From positions 74-64,073 of the forward strand of contig DUIB01000009.1 of assembly GCA_013330595.1 (NCBI GenBank): 64,000 bases of DNA, given 5' to 3'. Shown here in pieces: positions 38,088 through 49,954 of the stretch (the stretch's first letter is position 1; each line of letters begins with the position of its first letter). The stretch comes from Candidatus Woesearchaeota archaeon (GTDB lineage: Archaea > Nanobdellota > Nanobdellia > Woesearchaeales > UBA9642). The position numbers were made by a program, and so were the translations under genes. The notes under the pieces were generated by a model. That model was given only the letters and a program-made list of their open reading frames with translations, was not told the DNA's origin and made no database searches.

Positions 38088-40420
38088 CTCGGTGCATTCT
38101 TCATCTCTTCTGCTCGCGTCTTTCTGAATGTGTTCTGGAATTGCTCATACATTTCTTCGATCTCTTTTGATGCTGATGGCCGAACTTTCTTCAATGCTTC
38201 AAGGAAATATTTCATCTTAATATCCTTTGTGTTCATGTCATCCCTTAATGCCAGCATTGCTGCTTCCCTGCATATTGCTTCAATATCTGCTCCAACATAT
38301 CCTTCTGTCTTGTCAACTAATTCAGCAATCTTAACATCCTTTGCTAAAGGCATATTCTTTGTATGGACCGTAAATATTTCTTTTCTTGACTTCTTGTCTG
38401 GAACAGAAACTAACACAATCCTGTCAAATCTTCCGGGCCTTAATAATGCAGAATCTAAGAGATCTGGCCTGTTTGTGGCTCCTATAACAACAACATCTTT
38501 CATCTCCTGCAACCCATTCATCTCTGTTAATAACTGATTAACGACCTTTTCTGTCACGCCAGAACTATCACTGAATGATCCCCTTTTCGGCACTAATGAA
38601 TCTATCTCATCAAAGAATACTATTGATGGGCTTGATTGCCTTGCCTTTTCAAAGATCTTTCTCACTGCTTTTTCTGATTCACCAACCCATTTGCTCATAA
38701 GTTCAGGACCATTGACAAGAATAAAATTAGCTTTAGATTCATTTGCAACAGCTTTTGCAAGCATTGTCTTTCCTGACCCTGGAGGACCATAAAGTAAAAC
38801 TCCTGCCGGAGGCTTAATGCCAAGCCTTTCAAATGCAGCATGATTCTGCAGAGGCCATTCAATTGCTTCTTGCAATTCCTGTTTTGCATCATCCAAACCA
38901 CCTACATCCTCCCATTTTACATTAGGTTTTTCAATCAGAACTTCTCTTAATGCTGAAGGCCTGACAACTTTCAATGCTTCAGTAAAATCATCCTGTGTAA
39001 TAATCAATTTCTCAAGCAATTCTTCTGATAAAGGCTCATCATTCTGAAGATTAAGGTCAGAAATAACCTTTCTAAGAACAACCATTGCAGCCTCTTTACA
39101 TAATGAAGCAAGATCAGCTCCTACAAATCCATAAGTTATCTCAGCAAGATAATCCAGATCAACAACCTTTTTCTCATTAAGATCCTTTATTCTTTCTTTT
39201 AATTCCCTGACATTCTCTTTCTTAAGCAGAGGCATTCCTCTTGTATGGATCTTCAATACTGATAATCTTCCTTCTTTTCTTGGAACTCCTATTTCAATCT
39301 CTCTATCAAATCTTCCTGGCCTTCTTAATGCAGGATCGAGTGCATTTGGAATATTGGATGCTGCTATTACAACAACTTTTCCTCTTGATTTCAAGCCATC
39401 CATTATTGCTAATAATTGTGCAACAACTCTTTTCTCAACCTCTCCATGAGTTTCCTCTCTTTTAGATGCAATAGCATCAATCTCATCAATGAATATTATT
39501 GAAGGAGCATTCTTTTCTGCATCCTCAAACCTTTTCCTTAAATTTGCTTCTGACTCTCCATAGAATTTGCTCATGATTTCAGGACCATTGATCAATATGA
39601 AATTTGATTGTGTCTCATTTGCAACTGCTTTTGCTAATAATGTCTTTCCTGTTCCAGGAGGTCCATGCAATAATACTCCTTTAGGAGGCTCAATGCCTAG
39701 TCTTGTGAATATCTCTGGATGCTTTAATGGCAGCTCAACCATCTCCCTAACTTTCTTCAACTCCTCATCTAATCCTCCAATATCTTCATAAGTAACATCA
39801 GGAAGCCTTTCTTCTTTTATTTCAGGAATAGCTTCAGGATTAAAGATTACTTCAGTAGAATCAGTAATGATTACAGCCTCTTTTGCTGGAGTAACATCAA
39901 CAATCATGAATTTCAGATCACCTAAACCAAAACCCATTGAAGAAATAAATGCTTCATCACTTACAATATTGAATATGTCATCAAAGAATGGGCTTTGTGT
40001 CATTGCTGATTTTCTAGACCTTGTTCCTCCTAAAGAGACAATGTCGCCTTTAACAACAGCTCTTCCAAGCAGTCCTTGCTTGAAAATAATAGGGTTAGCT
40101 CTGATTAATATGCCCTCTCTTGCTGGTGCAATTGTGATCTTTTTTGCTTCCTTGACATTTGCTTTCCTGACATTCACAACCTCACCAATACCTGTCTTAG
40201 AATTCCTTCTAATAAGGCCATCCATTCTAATAATGTTTAAGCCAATATCTCCAGGATATGCCCTGTCAGCAATTGCAACAGTCTTTCTCTGGCCTTGGAT
40301 CTCAACAACATCTCCTGATCTGACATTGATAGTCTTCATATACCCAGAATCTATCCTGACTATTCCTTTATTTACATCATCCTGAATAGCTTCAGCAACT
40401 TTGAGTTTAACATCAACCAT
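38075..40420 (-). CDS. cdc48: CDC48/VAT AAA ATPase
   Basis: N-domain plus two AAA modules ([16 protein letters not shown]), RPGRFDR twice. Confidence 0.96.
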   Translation of the reverse strand: MVDVKLKVAEAIQDDVNKGIVRIDSGYMKTINVRSGDVVEIQGQRKTVAIADRAYPGDIGLNIIRMDGLIRRNSKTGIGEVVNVRKANVKEAKKITIAPAREGILIRANPIIFKQGLLGRAVVKGDIVSLGGTRSRKSAMTQSPFFDDIFNIVSDEAFISSMGFGLGDLKFMIVDVTPAKEAVIITDSTEVIFNPEAIPEIKEERLPDVTYEDIGGLDEELKKVREMVELPLKHPEIFTRLGIEPPKGVLLHGPPGTGKTLLAKAVANETQSNFILINGPEIMSKFYGESEANLRKRFEDAEKNAPSIIFIDEIDAIASKREETHGEVEKRVVAQLLAIMDGLKSRGKVVVIAASNIPNALDPALRRPGRFDREIEIGVPRKEGRLSVLKIHTRGMPLLKKENVRELKERIKDLNEKKVVDLDYLAEITYGFVGADLASLCKEAAMVVLRKVISDLNLQNDEPLSEELLEKLIITQDDFTEALKVVRPSALREVLIEKPNVKWEDVGGLDDAKQELQEAIEWPLQNHAAFERLGIKPPAGVLLYGPPGSGKTMLAKAVANESKANFILVNGPELMSKWVGESEKAVRKIFEKARQSSPSIVFFDEIDSLVPKRGSFSDSSGVTEKVVNQLLTEMNGLQEMKDVVVIGATNRPDLLDSALLRPGRFDRIVLVSVPDKKSRKEIFTVHTKNMPLAKDVKIAELVDKTEGYVGADIEAICREAAMLALRDDMNTKDIKMKYFLEALKKVRPSASKEIEEMYEQFQNTFRKTRAEEMKNAPSYFG

Positions 40421-40494
40421 GCTTCACCAAAACTATATAAAGAATATAAATTTTATGATTTTGAATAAAATAAAAAACTACAAAGAAAAGCCTT

Positions 40495-40622
40495 AAATTC
40501 GTCTTAAAATGAATATTTGGCTTTTCTTGTCCAAGGAACTTTTGTTCCTGGGCGCAAAAAGCTTTTTTGTGTTCCAAAAATTCGCTAATAAAGCTTTATG
40601 CTTTAAAATATGCGAATTTTTG
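40495..40622. repeat. AT-rich hairpin cluster (same family as 12052-12212)
   Basis: aggaac-tttt-gttcct, caaaaattcgc...gcgaatttttg abutting a TAA stop. Confidence 0.6.
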
Positions 40623-41105
40623 TTACCTCTTTTTAGGCTTATTTTCAGGTTTTGGAGCTGTTTTTTGCTCTTTTGAGTCTGATGCAGCCTCTGCCTTAAC
40701 TTCTCGAGCCTTGATCTCGACTTTAGGCATTTGAATAGGGCTAGGCAATCCAAGTTCTTTGCTTATGATTATTGCCTCAATATTAGCCTTGCCTAAGATT
40801 ATGTTAAGGACTCTTGAAGTAACATCCTTATGCAATGCTTTCTGCTTAGTCCACATCTCCATAATCTTTGTGCTAAAATCCTTATCAAAGATTTCAATCA
40901 ACTCACCTTCTAATTCAATACTCCCAATATTAGGCTCATATTTGCACATGAATTTAAATTGGAATTTGAGCAATGATTTCTTCTGGTCAGGAATGCCTGA
41001 CTCAACAAGATTAGTTATGCCGACATTATTCTCCACTTTAATGCTTTCAGAAGATCCTGTCCTCGAAGCATTTATCTTAGTAAAATTCAGTCCAACAGTT
41101 GTCAT
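40623..41105 (-). CDS. Conserved archaeal hypothetical protein
   Basis: GLNFTKI...F.F...YEP..G.I.LEG...LGLPSPI..P; SD GAGGT. Confidence 0.7.
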   Translation of the reverse strand: MTTVGLNFTKINASRTGSSESIKVENNVGITNLVESGIPDQKKSLLKFQFKFMCKYEPNIGSIELEGELIEIFDKDFSTKIMEMWTKQKALHKDVTSRVLNIILGKANIEAIIISKELGLPSPIQMPKVEIKAREVKAEAASDSKEQKTAPKPENKPKKR

Positions 41106-41200
41106 TTTGATTACCTCATAATATTTCTGATATTGTGAATTAAGGATGTTTTATAAATATTATGGTAAAATTTATAAAAAACAATACTTAAAATTGTGTA

Positions 41201-41560
41201 ATGAAACTTGCTTATGTCTTATTATTGGTTTTAATCTTAGTTCTCTCTGGCTGTACAAAAATCTATGTTTGTTATGATGGGACTACTCAGAGGATTGCAA
41301 GCAGATGTCCTAAGATTCCTGTACCAGACTTAACAGAACTTGAAGCAGGAAAAGTCATGGATAATTTCGGATTTGCATATGCACAAGCCAAAGGCGATTC
41401 ATATACGAGAGTTAATCTATATAGTAAAAACACAACATGGTATTCAGGAGTGCTTTTCACAAATAAACAATCCCAGACAGTCAAAGAAGCAACATTCAAG
41501 ATCGACGGCAAGACAGGAACAGTACAGTGCTTGACTGGATGTGATTATATAAATCCGTAA
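41201..41560 (+). CDS. Putative lipoprotein
   Basis: Hydrophobic leader with lipobox LSGC; paired Cys. Confidence 0.65.
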   Translation: MKLAYVLLLVLILVLSGCTKIYVCYDGTTQRIASRCPKIPVPDLTELEAGKVMDNFGFAYAQAKGDSYTRVNLYSKNTTWYSGVLFTNKQSQTVKEATFKIDGKTGTVQCLTGCDYINP

Positions 41561-41652
41561 ATCATTATAATTTCTCACTTTATTGTTCGGTGTTTGTTCT
41601 ATGATATTTATATATTAGATGAACTTTCCTTTTAATACGAGGAGATGATACA

Positions 41653-42660
41653 ATGAAATGGACATACATAATATTATTGATTGCATCGGTAGTAATTGTA
41701 GGCTGTACAACAGAGCCTATAAATACGCCACAACAACCTAGGAATGTTCCACAACAATCAGATGTAACACTACAACTAAATAATACTTCAGAGCAGAAAT
41801 ATGATCCTGTAATTAATCCTACTGATTTCTCAGTTGATATAACAAACAAGTATTTTAAGATAGAGCCTGGAAAAAAACTAAGATATAAAGGACAGACAGA
41901 GGATGGTCTTGAAACAATCGAGGTTTATGTGACTAATGAAACAAAAACCGTTATGGGAGTAAAGACATTGATTGTCTGGGACAGAGTCTGGCTTGATGGT
42001 GATTTAATTGAAGATACAAAAGACTATTATGCACAGGACAAGAAAGGTAATGTATGGTATTTTGGTGAGGACACTGCAGAATTGATCGATGGGAAAATAG
42101 TTAATCGTAATGGTGCATGGTTAGCAGGAATAGAAAATGCAAAGCCAGGAATAATAATGCCAGTTAATCCTCAGATTGGAGAAACATATAAAACTGAATA
42201 CTATGAAGGAAACGCCGAGGACAAAATAGATATTCTTGCATTAAATGAACAACTCACAGTCCCATATGGAAAATTGAATAATTGTTTGAAGACAAGGGAT
42301 TATAGTCCATTAGAGCAAGGAGCAGATGAGCATAAGTATCATTGTCCAGAGGTAGGATTTGTTGTTTTAGAGGTAGGACTAGAGGACAATGAGAGTGTTG
42401 AGTTAGTCAGTGTAGAATATAATGCCAAACCATCGCCATCAACTATTGCAAAAGAGCCGGAAAAACTTATAACTAAAATAACAGAAGAACAAGCTAAGGC
42501 GATAGCATTGAAAGAAGTTCCTGGAGAAGTTACAGATGTTTCTATTGAGAAGAAATTCGGAAAAACGGCATTTGTCATCGAGGTGGCTCCTACAAGCGGT
42601 CCTGAGACAGATGTGATAATCGATATAGATACAGGAGAAGTTCTTGGAGTAGAAACATAA
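41653..42660 (+). CDS. Lipoprotein with a C-terminal PepSY domain
   Basis: IVGC lipobox; YAQD..GNVWYFGE; ITEEQAKAIAL..VPG...IDIDTGEVL. Confidence 0.8.
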   Translation: MKWTYIILLIASVVIVGCTTEPINTPQQPRNVPQQSDVTLQLNNTSEQKYDPVINPTDFSVDITNKYFKIEPGKKLRYKGQTEDGLETIEVYVTNETKTVMGVKTLIVWDRVWLDGDLIEDTKDYYAQDKKGNVWYFGEDTAELIDGKIVNRNGAWLAGIENAKPGIIMPVNPQIGETYKTEYYEGNAEDKIDILALNEQLTVPYGKLNNCLKTRDYSPLEQGADEHKYHCPEVGFVVLEVGLEDNESVELVSVEYNAKPSPSTIAKEPEKLITKITEEQAKAIALKEVPGEVTDVSIEKKFGKTAFVIEVAPTSGPETDVIIDIDTGEVLGVET

Positions 42661-42696
42661 AGTTTTTATTCTTTTTAATTTTTTATATAAAAGGTG

Positions 42697-43059
42697 ATGG
42701 ATATGAAACTAAAAAATCTTTTTGTAATGTTTGTTATTATGATAATGCTAACTCCGATTATCGCGGCCGTAGATGAGGGAAACGAGATAAAAATAAACAA
42801 TATTGAATTAGATAAGATTTTAAACATCGGCAGCAGTATTCTTGCTTTAGTGCTCGCAATTCTGACGATATTGGCATTCCAAAAAAGCAAGAAGAGCAAA
42901 CTCTTGTATATATCTGCTGCATTTCTCTTATTTTTCATAAAGACATTCCTTATTGGCGCAGAGATATTTTTTGGAGAATGGCCCTGGGTTGATCCTGCAT
43001 CCAGCCTTGCTGATTTCGGCATTTTGATATTATTCTTCATAGGTATAATGAGGAAATAA
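42697..43059 (+). CDS. Small membrane protein
   Basis: Signal peptide plus 3 TM; precedes an HTH regulator. Confidence 0.6.
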   Translation: MDMKLKNLFVMFVIMIMLTPIIAAVDEGNEIKINNIELDKILNIGSSILALVLAILTILAFQKSKKSKLLYISAAFLLFFIKTFLIGAEIFFGEWPWVDPASSLADFGILILFFIGIMRK

Positions 43060-43060
43060 T

Positions 43061-43591
43061 ATGTTTGATGCAGATAATCAAATGATGTTTGAATTAGAAT
43101 CTAGAAGGAGAATATATGAGATTGTGACTCAGAATGCAGGCATACATTTCAGAGAAGTTGAAAGAAAAAGCAGATTATCTGTGGCTGTAACAAAACACAA
43201 TCTTGATTATCTTACTAAACACGATATAATAAAATCAGAAAGAGATGGAAGAAACTTAAGATATTATCCTCTGCACTTTAACTTACAGAATACAAAGATT
43301 ATGAATCTTTTAAGACAAGAAGGCATAAGAAAAATACTTCTTTGTATGCTTTCGAAAGATCGAACTTTTTTTTCCAATATAGTTAAGTCAACAGGATTAT
43401 CAGCATCCACTGTCTCTGAGCATCTGAAGAGACTTGAAGAGAAAAACATAATAAAACCTCATAATAAAGATAATAAAACATATTATTCACTTATAATAAA
43501 TAAGAATGATTTAGTAAGGTTGCTTATTGCATACAGAGAATCATTTTTAGACAGACTTGTTGATAGGATTATTGATACATGGGAATTCTAA
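43061..43591 (+). CDS. Double winged-helix (ArsR-like) regulator
   Basis: RRRIY.......GIHFRE; STVS.HLKRL. Confidence 0.8.
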   Translation: MFDADNQMMFELESRRRIYEIVTQNAGIHFREVERKSRLSVAVTKHNLDYLTKHDIIKSERDGRNLRYYPLHFNLQNTKIMNLLRQEGIRKILLCMLSKDRTFFSNIVKSTGLSASTVSEHLKRLEEKNIIKPHNKDNKTYYSLIINKNDLVRLLIAYRESFLDRLVDRIIDTWEF

Positions 43592-43825
43592 ATAATCAAC
43601 TTTAAAAATCCCTCTTTATTCCTTTCTTCTATGCATAAATTGTTTGTTTACTCGATGTATAAGCATTTCAGGTATTAATTCTATTAGATTGTATTGTTTA
43701 TTTTATTAGCACCTAGCGAGCTAATGATAACATATTTTATTGGAAATAACTCAGCATATAAAACTATAAAACATCTATGCGAGCGTGCTAATAAAAATTT
43801 AAAAAAAATTTATGAGGTAAATAAA

Positions 43826-44818
43826 ATGAATTCAGATTATCAGGAACAGGCAAGATTCATGAGAAGATATGAAACATTAGAAGGATTCCCAGAAATAAAA
43901 GGCTATGATTTTGATCAAGAATTTAATTTTCATGATTTTATCAATTCGTATAAGTCAATGGGCATCCAGGGAACAAATATAGGATTAGGCATTGATATTA
44001 TTAAGAAGATGATCGGGGATAAGGCATTTATATTTTTATCCTGTACGTCTAATATGATCAGCTCTGGAAATAGAGAAATCATCAGATTTCTTGTTAAGCA
44101 TAAGCATGTCCATGCACTTGTTATGAGCGCAGGAGCTGTTGAAGAAGATATAATAAAATGTTTCAAGCCATTTGTTTTAGGAAGCTTTGACATTTCAGGA
44201 AGAGCATTATTTGACAAAGGAGTTGGAAGAATAGGGAATATATTTGCTCCATATGATCGTTATTTATATTTTGAGAAATTCATGAATCCGTTCTTTGATA
44301 GAATATATGAAGAAATGAAAAACAAAGTCCTTTCACCATCAGAATTAATCAAAGAACTTGGAAAAGAGATTGAGAATAATGAAAAGCATGAAGAATCAAT
44401 AATTTATTGGGCGTATAAGAATGATATTCCTATATTCTGTCCTGCAATGACAGATGGATCTTTGGGGGATCTGATGCATTTTCAGAAACAGAAAAGAAAA
44501 GACTTTATTGTCGATATGGTTGCAGACCATACTAAGATTGTTAATTTAGCTTTAAATCAGGAAAAGACTGCAACTATAATTCTTGGTGGTGGGGTGAGCA
44601 AGCATTATATTCTAAATGCAAACATCTTTAGGGATGGATTGGATTATGCTGTTTACATTACGACAGCACAGGAATATGATGCTTCTGATTCAGGAGGCAA
44701 TCCACAAGAAGCAATGACCTGGGCAAAGCTAAAGGTCGATGCGCCTAATGTAAAGATACGAGCTGATGCATCGATTGTGTTTCCATTGATCGTTGCAGGA
44801 GTGTTTGGGAAGAATTAA
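43826..44818 (+). CDS. dys: Deoxyhypusine synthase
   Basis: TSNMISSG.RE, EED..K, RIGN, PA.TDGS.GD, GGG..KH, SDSG..P.EA..W.K; SD GAGGT. Confidence 0.93.
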   Translation: MNSDYQEQARFMRRYETLEGFPEIKGYDFDQEFNFHDFINSYKSMGIQGTNIGLGIDIIKKMIGDKAFIFLSCTSNMISSGNREIIRFLVKHKHVHALVMSAGAVEEDIIKCFKPFVLGSFDISGRALFDKGVGRIGNIFAPYDRYLYFEKFMNPFFDRIYEEMKNKVLSPSELIKELGKEIENNEKHEESIIYWAYKNDIPIFCPAMTDGSLGDLMHFQKQKRKDFIVDMVADHTKIVNLALNQEKTATIILGGGVSKHYILNANIFRDGLDYAVYITTAQEYDASDSGGNPQEAMTWAKLKVDAPNVKIRADASIVFPLIVAGVFGKN

Positions 44819-44880
44819 GTTATTACTCGAGAGTAGTTAGAAATCGAAACATTTATAAATAAGTTAATTTTACTCATATC

Positions 44881-45951
44881 ATGAATAACCAAACAACAAA
44901 CCCGATATCAACAATTGAAGATACGTATGGCCAAGGATTGACTCAATCTGGCCAGATTAAGTATAACTTTTCTAATGGCGAGCAATTACCAAAACTACAG
45001 GAATTAGATGCAGAACTTGAATCGATTATTAATTTTCACAAACCACAATGGGGCATTAATCGAGGAGGGTTGCAAAAAGCACTACGCGAGGATAATGCAT
45101 GGAAAAAAGTTGTTGAAGGAATTGTTGAACACATAAATCCTGGTTTATTAGAAACAGTGGAAAGTGATAAGATATACGCTGGCATTGAGACTCCTGATTG
45201 GCCGGGTGTCACACTTGCTAGCAGCGGTGATCTATATGATCCCTCCTCAAATATTCTAAGCATAAATGGTGTTTATAGTCATAATATATTCAAACAGATA
45301 AGATTAGCAAATATTGATGTTAATAATGCTAATGTTCCTATAGCTCAAACTAACATAGTATTTGTTGAAGGAGGAAAATATGCAGTTATGGGCTTAAGAG
45401 GAGGTATGACTTGGGCAAAAACATTCCATGGACTTGGCTCTGGAGCAATACAGCCTAGGTCTAGAAAAAATGACCCTGTTTTTGATACTGTATATGGAGA
45501 AATCAAGGAAGAGGTAAACTTATCAGAAAAATATCTTAAAGATGTTGCTGTTGCTGGTAAAGTAATAGATAATGTTCTTGGAAGAGTTGTTGTGTATATC
45601 TCAAAATGTGATGTGGATATGACACTTAATGACTTCATAAAACATTGGAATGATTCAAAAGCAGAGGATAAAGCAGAACATACAGACATCAAAGCATATG
45701 ATGCAAGTATTCCTGAAGCATTGGTTAAGTTATTTGCTATGAATGGTTACAAAAAAGAATATGTCGATGTGAAAAATCCAAAAATTGTGACCCCAATGAA
45801 TGCTTACACAATACTTCCTAATTCTGTCTCAGGAATAATTCCTGCTCTAGCTGCACAGTTTAATTTAGACAGGGAATGGATTCCCTATGCAGTGAATCTG
45901 ACAGATGGTGTTGTTGGCATGTCTAATAGAGTAAAGAACTGCTATAAGTGA
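44881..45951 (+). CDS. NUDIX-like hypothetical protein
   Basis: G.G.........EIKEEVNL partial Nudix box; EH motif. Confidence 0.5.
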   Translation: MNNQTTNPISTIEDTYGQGLTQSGQIKYNFSNGEQLPKLQELDAELESIINFHKPQWGINRGGLQKALREDNAWKKVVEGIVEHINPGLLETVESDKIYAGIETPDWPGVTLASSGDLYDPSSNILSINGVYSHNIFKQIRLANIDVNNANVPIAQTNIVFVEGGKYAVMGLRGGMTWAKTFHGLGSGAIQPRSRKNDPVFDTVYGEIKEEVNLSEKYLKDVAVAGKVIDNVLGRVVVYISKCDVDMTLNDFIKHWNDSKAEDKAEHTDIKAYDASIPEALVKLFAMNGYKKEYVDVKNPKIVTPMNAYTILPNSVSGIIPALAAQFNLDREWIPYAVNLTDGVVGMSNRVKNCYK

Positions 45952-45957
45952 ACAAAG

Positions 45958-46788
45958 ATGAATGAAGACAAAACATTAGAACAAATATCTGAGAATGAGA
46001 TGTTTGAGCTAATGAAGACACTTATCGTAAAAGCAGGCAAAGAGACACTAACATATTTTGGCAAAACAGATCTGAATTTTACAACAAAAAAACACGCAGC
46101 AGACCTGTTAACAGAAGCAGACCTTGCAAGCAACACAACTCTGATTGACGGTATTAAAGAAATATATCCGGGTCATGGTATAATTTCAGAGGAAGAACCT
46201 GTTCAAGACGATAAAAAGAAGTATGTCTGGATTATAGATCCACTTGATGGGACAAATAATTTTAAGAATTCTATTCCTATTTATTCAGTGATTGTAGGTC
46301 TAGCAAAGCAAAATCAGAATAAGGAACTTGAAATGATAGCGGGAGCTGTTTATATTCCTGCTCTTAATGAATTATATCAAGCATCCATGGGAAATGGCGC
46401 TTTTTTGAATGATAAACGAATTGTTTGCTCACCCAAAGAAGATCTAGTTAACGCTGTAGGTGCAGGTCATTTTGAAAACTGGTTTAAGTATGAAAAACAG
46501 GTAAAGGCATTCTTCGAGTCATCTAAAGAATTAAAACATTACCTCTTTGAGTATGGTACAGGTGGTTATGATATGACACTTGTAGCGAGAGGATCAAGGG
46601 ATTTTTATTTCATGCCTCCGCATGGTGGAGGGATTTGGGATAATGCTGGTCCTTACATAATATTGAAAGAAGCAGGATGCAAGGTTGTGAATTTTAGGAG
46701 AGAAAATTGGTCATTGAAGGATAATACAGAGATGATTGCAGGGAATCCTAAGATTGTTGACCACATCTTTGATGTGATTGGCAAATAA
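45958..46788 (+). CDS. Inositol monophosphatase family protein
   Basis: TEAD, SEE, WIIDPLDGTNNF, WD.A....L.EAG. Confidence 0.92.
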   Translation: MNEDKTLEQISENEMFELMKTLIVKAGKETLTYFGKTDLNFTTKKHAADLLTEADLASNTTLIDGIKEIYPGHGIISEEEPVQDDKKKYVWIIDPLDGTNNFKNSIPIYSVIVGLAKQNQNKELEMIAGAVYIPALNELYQASMGNGAFLNDKRIVCSPKEDLVNAVGAGHFENWFKYEKQVKAFFESSKELKHYLFEYGTGGYDMTLVARGSRDFYFMPPHGGGIWDNAGPYIILKEAGCKVVNFRRENWSLKDNTEMIAGNPKIVDHIFDVIGK

Positions 46789-46850
46789 TTCTTTATTTTT
46801 CTAAAAATATTAAAAGCCAAGCATCTAAAAATAATAAAAAGAGGTCTTAA

Positions 46851-47504
46851 ATGATATTTCAGGATATACTATTTTATATTTGGCACATTTTTTCCTTATG
46901 GGCTCAGACATTATTTGTTCTTCCGTTCAAGAATCCTGAGATGTTATGGATCCTTGTTCCTTTATGGGTTTCATGGTTTTTTGGAGAATTCTTTCAGGAG
47001 AAACTTGGAACAAGTTTTGGAAATGCAATAAGCAATGCAGTTGTTGTTCTATGGGCGGGAATAGATTGTATAAGACAGACATTGTTTTTAATGAGTGCTA
47101 ATGCAATAAATGATCCTATATGGATTAGATTTGCATTGTGTGGAGCACTAATAGCTTATGGAATAATCATTATTGTTTATGGTGCTAAAGTCAAGGAAAA
47201 AGTCAAGATCTTTGGAAGAATAAGAGATGTTACGTATGCATTTGTTATGCTTGTTCCTGTTCTATATAATGTACAGCAACTGACTGCGGATTATCTTATT
47301 GCAATGATTGTCTTTTTCCCAATCTTCCATTATGTGATTGAATTGATAGATCTAAAAGCTCCAACTCCGAATGCTTTGAAGGAAGACCTTGGATCTCAAA
47401 AGCCAGCGACTAAATCTCAAGAGCCTGTTCAGAGCATTCCCCAACAACAAACTTCTCAGGATCAAGGCAAAAGGCCTCCAATGATGAGCTATTGGAATAA
47501 TTAA
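46851..47504 (+). CDS. Multi-TM hypothetical protein
   Basis: About 5 TM, low-complexity tail; SD GAGG. Confidence 0.65.
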   Translation: MIFQDILFYIWHIFSLWAQTLFVLPFKNPEMLWILVPLWVSWFFGEFFQEKLGTSFGNAISNAVVVLWAGIDCIRQTLFLMSANAINDPIWIRFALCGALIAYGIIIIVYGAKVKEKVKIFGRIRDVTYAFVMLVPVLYNVQQLTADYLIAMIVFFPIFHYVIELIDLKAPTPNALKEDLGSQKPATKSQEPVQSIPQQQTSQDQGKRPPMMSYWNN

Positions 47505-47576
47505 TTAAATTGTTACTCTAAAGTGGTTAAAAACCGTAAAGTTTATAAAAGGGTTCTTATATTATTCTAGAATAAA

Positions 47577-49109
47577 ATGATTAATGCTTCCAGAAAGAAT
47601 GAATATGAACAATCATCAGATCATTCATTAGTATTTACTAGACCAGAATTTGAAAGAGATAAATATAATTTATTTGAAATGTATAATAATAGTGCGAACA
47701 TAGTCTATGATGAATTGCTAGAATCTACTGGGAAAATCATACCTATTACGTTTTCTGAGGAATCTGCCAAAGCAACATTTAATCACTTATTATCAAACAG
47801 AATCCATACTGATGGAAAAACAGATGCTACAGTAATAGATGCAGCGCCAAGAGCAGTTCCAGCTTATACTGAAGATAATATTCTTGGTCAAGTATATGTT
47901 CCTGTGCAAGCCGAATTTGTTTTTAAGGATAATAAGAATCATGTATTAAATAAACTGGAAAAAACCTTACTGAATGAATTTAAAAAACAAGGATTACCTG
48001 TCGCTGATTGTTTTGACACAACAGACATAATAAATGAATATACTCAGAAAGGAATAACTCCTCCAAAAGGTTTAGCTGAATCAGACGGATTATACATTAA
48101 ACATCTTGGATACACTAGTTTAGCAAGATACATAACTGATCTCGGAATAAAAACTATAACTGGCAATAATGATTCATTGAATAAATCCTTTAATGCAATG
48201 ACAAAAATTCTTGATTTAAGCGACAAATTTGATTCTATTACAAAAAAAGTGGTTGAGTCTCCGGAATTTTATCATTATAAAAAAATCCTTGAAAAAAGGG
48301 AATTAGAGAGATTAAGCAAGGCATTTGGAGTTGATGAAGATTTTTCTAAAGACAATTATTATAGTCTAAGATTGTTGCTAGACATGCCTGGCGCTACACA
48401 AGAAGACTTAAAATTATTTGAGCCGATAAATTATATTCTAAAACAAGCTGAAAATGAATGTGGTGTGTGGAGCATAGGAATTCATCCTCGAAATGTAATG
48501 ATAACAGGAGAGAATGATAGAGAGCTAGATTTTAAAATTATTGACGCTAACAGAGTTAAATATGCTCCTGTCCAGGAATTTGATTGGCAGCAAATAGATT
48601 CATACACTCCGATAAGAAAACCTATGAGTATGTTTCCAACTACTATTTTTGATGATGGACCTCAAGGATTTAAGGAGAGGCTAGCAACAAGTATATTAGG
48701 CGAAAGAGTAAAAATCGAATTCTTAGGTTATAGATGTAAGAAATATAAAGAAGAAACACAAGGCGATGTTACTTTAGATAGGTATGCTCAATTAGGATTT
48801 GTAGCAAGATATTACACCAATCTTAAATTAGCTCAAAGAGCTTTGATAGACTTAGCTAATGCAAAAGATTTTCATAAATTAATTGATCTTCCATTTAGAT
48901 ATAAGTATCATATGGATGCAGCTATGAAAGGAATTGGATACTCTATTAGATTATTTCCAGAATTTGAGATAGAAAAAATATTCTATAGGACACAGGAGCT
49001 TATGCAAAAATCTTATAATAAAATAATGACTCCTGAACTTATTGCTAAAATAGATGAGTGGTCAATAAGAGATTCTATCCCAGAAGGAGCTCATAATGTT
49101 TGGGTTTGA
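47577..49109 (+). CDS. Hypothetical protein with a degenerate kinase-like (APH/choline kinase) fold
   Basis: FVFK, GLPV, HPRNVMI, IID motifs. Confidence 0.4.
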   Translation: MINASRKNEYEQSSDHSLVFTRPEFERDKYNLFEMYNNSANIVYDELLESTGKIIPITFSEESAKATFNHLLSNRIHTDGKTDATVIDAAPRAVPAYTEDNILGQVYVPVQAEFVFKDNKNHVLNKLEKTLLNEFKKQGLPVADCFDTTDIINEYTQKGITPPKGLAESDGLYIKHLGYTSLARYITDLGIKTITGNNDSLNKSFNAMTKILDLSDKFDSITKKVVESPEFYHYKKILEKRELERLSKAFGVDEDFSKDNYYSLRLLLDMPGATQEDLKLFEPINYILKQAENECGVWSIGIHPRNVMITGENDRELDFKIIDANRVKYAPVQEFDWQQIDSYTPIRKPMSMFPTTIFDDGPQGFKERLATSILGERVKIEFLGYRCKKYKEETQGDVTLDRYAQLGFVARYYTNLKLAQRALIDLANAKDFHKLIDLPFRYKYHMDAAMKGIGYSIRLFPEFEIEKIFYRTQELMQKSYNKIMTPELIAKIDEWSIRDSIPEGAHNVWV

Positions 49110-49954
49110 ATGAATCCTGTTAATGGACTTGTTGCTAAATATGTTTGACGTGCAATGGACATTAAATAATACCCTACTAGAGGATTTTTACTCTTTAAAA
49201 GCTTCAATCCTTCATTCATTGTCATCTTTTTCTCTATGCTATGCAATTCAATTAATGAATTAATGTCTTTTGCCTGAAATCCTTTTTGAAGCAAATGCAA
49301 CATCTCTTCAATATGTTTTAAGAAATCTGTTTCTTCTTTTGAATATTTTTTTGCCGTTTTATTTAAATTAACGCATTCACGAGCAATATGTGTAATAGTA
49401 CTGAGAAACTGCCAAATAAATCCTTTTAATTTAGGATACATGTTATGTTTTGTTAATATCCTCTTAAGAAAATTATCATATTTTCTTATTCTGAAAAAAT
49501 CCTGTTCTATATTTGTATCTATGTTCTTTATCATTTCCACAAGTATCTGAAGCTCTTTAATAAGTATCTTATCAAAATCTTCTATCGATGGCTCTGCTAC
49601 GCTTTCTAGAATATAACTTTCATTTCCAAAACTGAAAAGCTCAAACCCGAGCATGTAGTTATCTAATATTTTTGATATTATTTCCTTTTCTCCACTATAT
49701 TTAATTAGAATCTTATCATATCCCGCCCTATAGGCATTTATTATCAGAGTACGAATCCCGCTTTCAGTAGTCTCTTTAATATCCAAACTTATATCTTTTA
49801 ATGAGATCTTTGCATCTGTAGTGACTATTAATTTATTATCATCTATCTCCACAGTTAACTCATCACTTTTCTTCAGATTATTCTGAAGAATCCATTTCCT
49901 AGGTAAAGATAATACCATGCAGTCATGTCCTAATTCAATGATCTTTCTTCTCAT
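49091..49954 (-). CDS. AbrB/PhoU-type regulator
   Basis: MRRKI..LG......SLP..W....L...D; AYRAGYD.I.I. Confidence 0.8.
   Translation of the reverse strand: MRRKIIELGHDCMVLSLPRKWILQNNLKKSDELTVEIDDNKLIVTTDAKISLKDISLDIKETTESGIRTLIINAYRAGYDKILIKYSGEKEIISKILDNYMLGFELFSFGNESYILESVAEPSIEDFDKILIKELQILVEMIKNIDTNIEQDFFRIRKYDNFLKRILTKHNMYPKLKGFIWQFLSTITHIARECVNLNKTAKKYSKEETDFLKHIEEMLHLLQKGFQAKDINSLIELHSIEKKMTMNEGLKLLKSKNPLVGYYLMSIARQTYLATSPLTGFIQTQTL

Noticed and set aside
40493..40753. 86-aa ORF
   Set aside because: Overlaps a real gene out of frame and runs through the hairpin element
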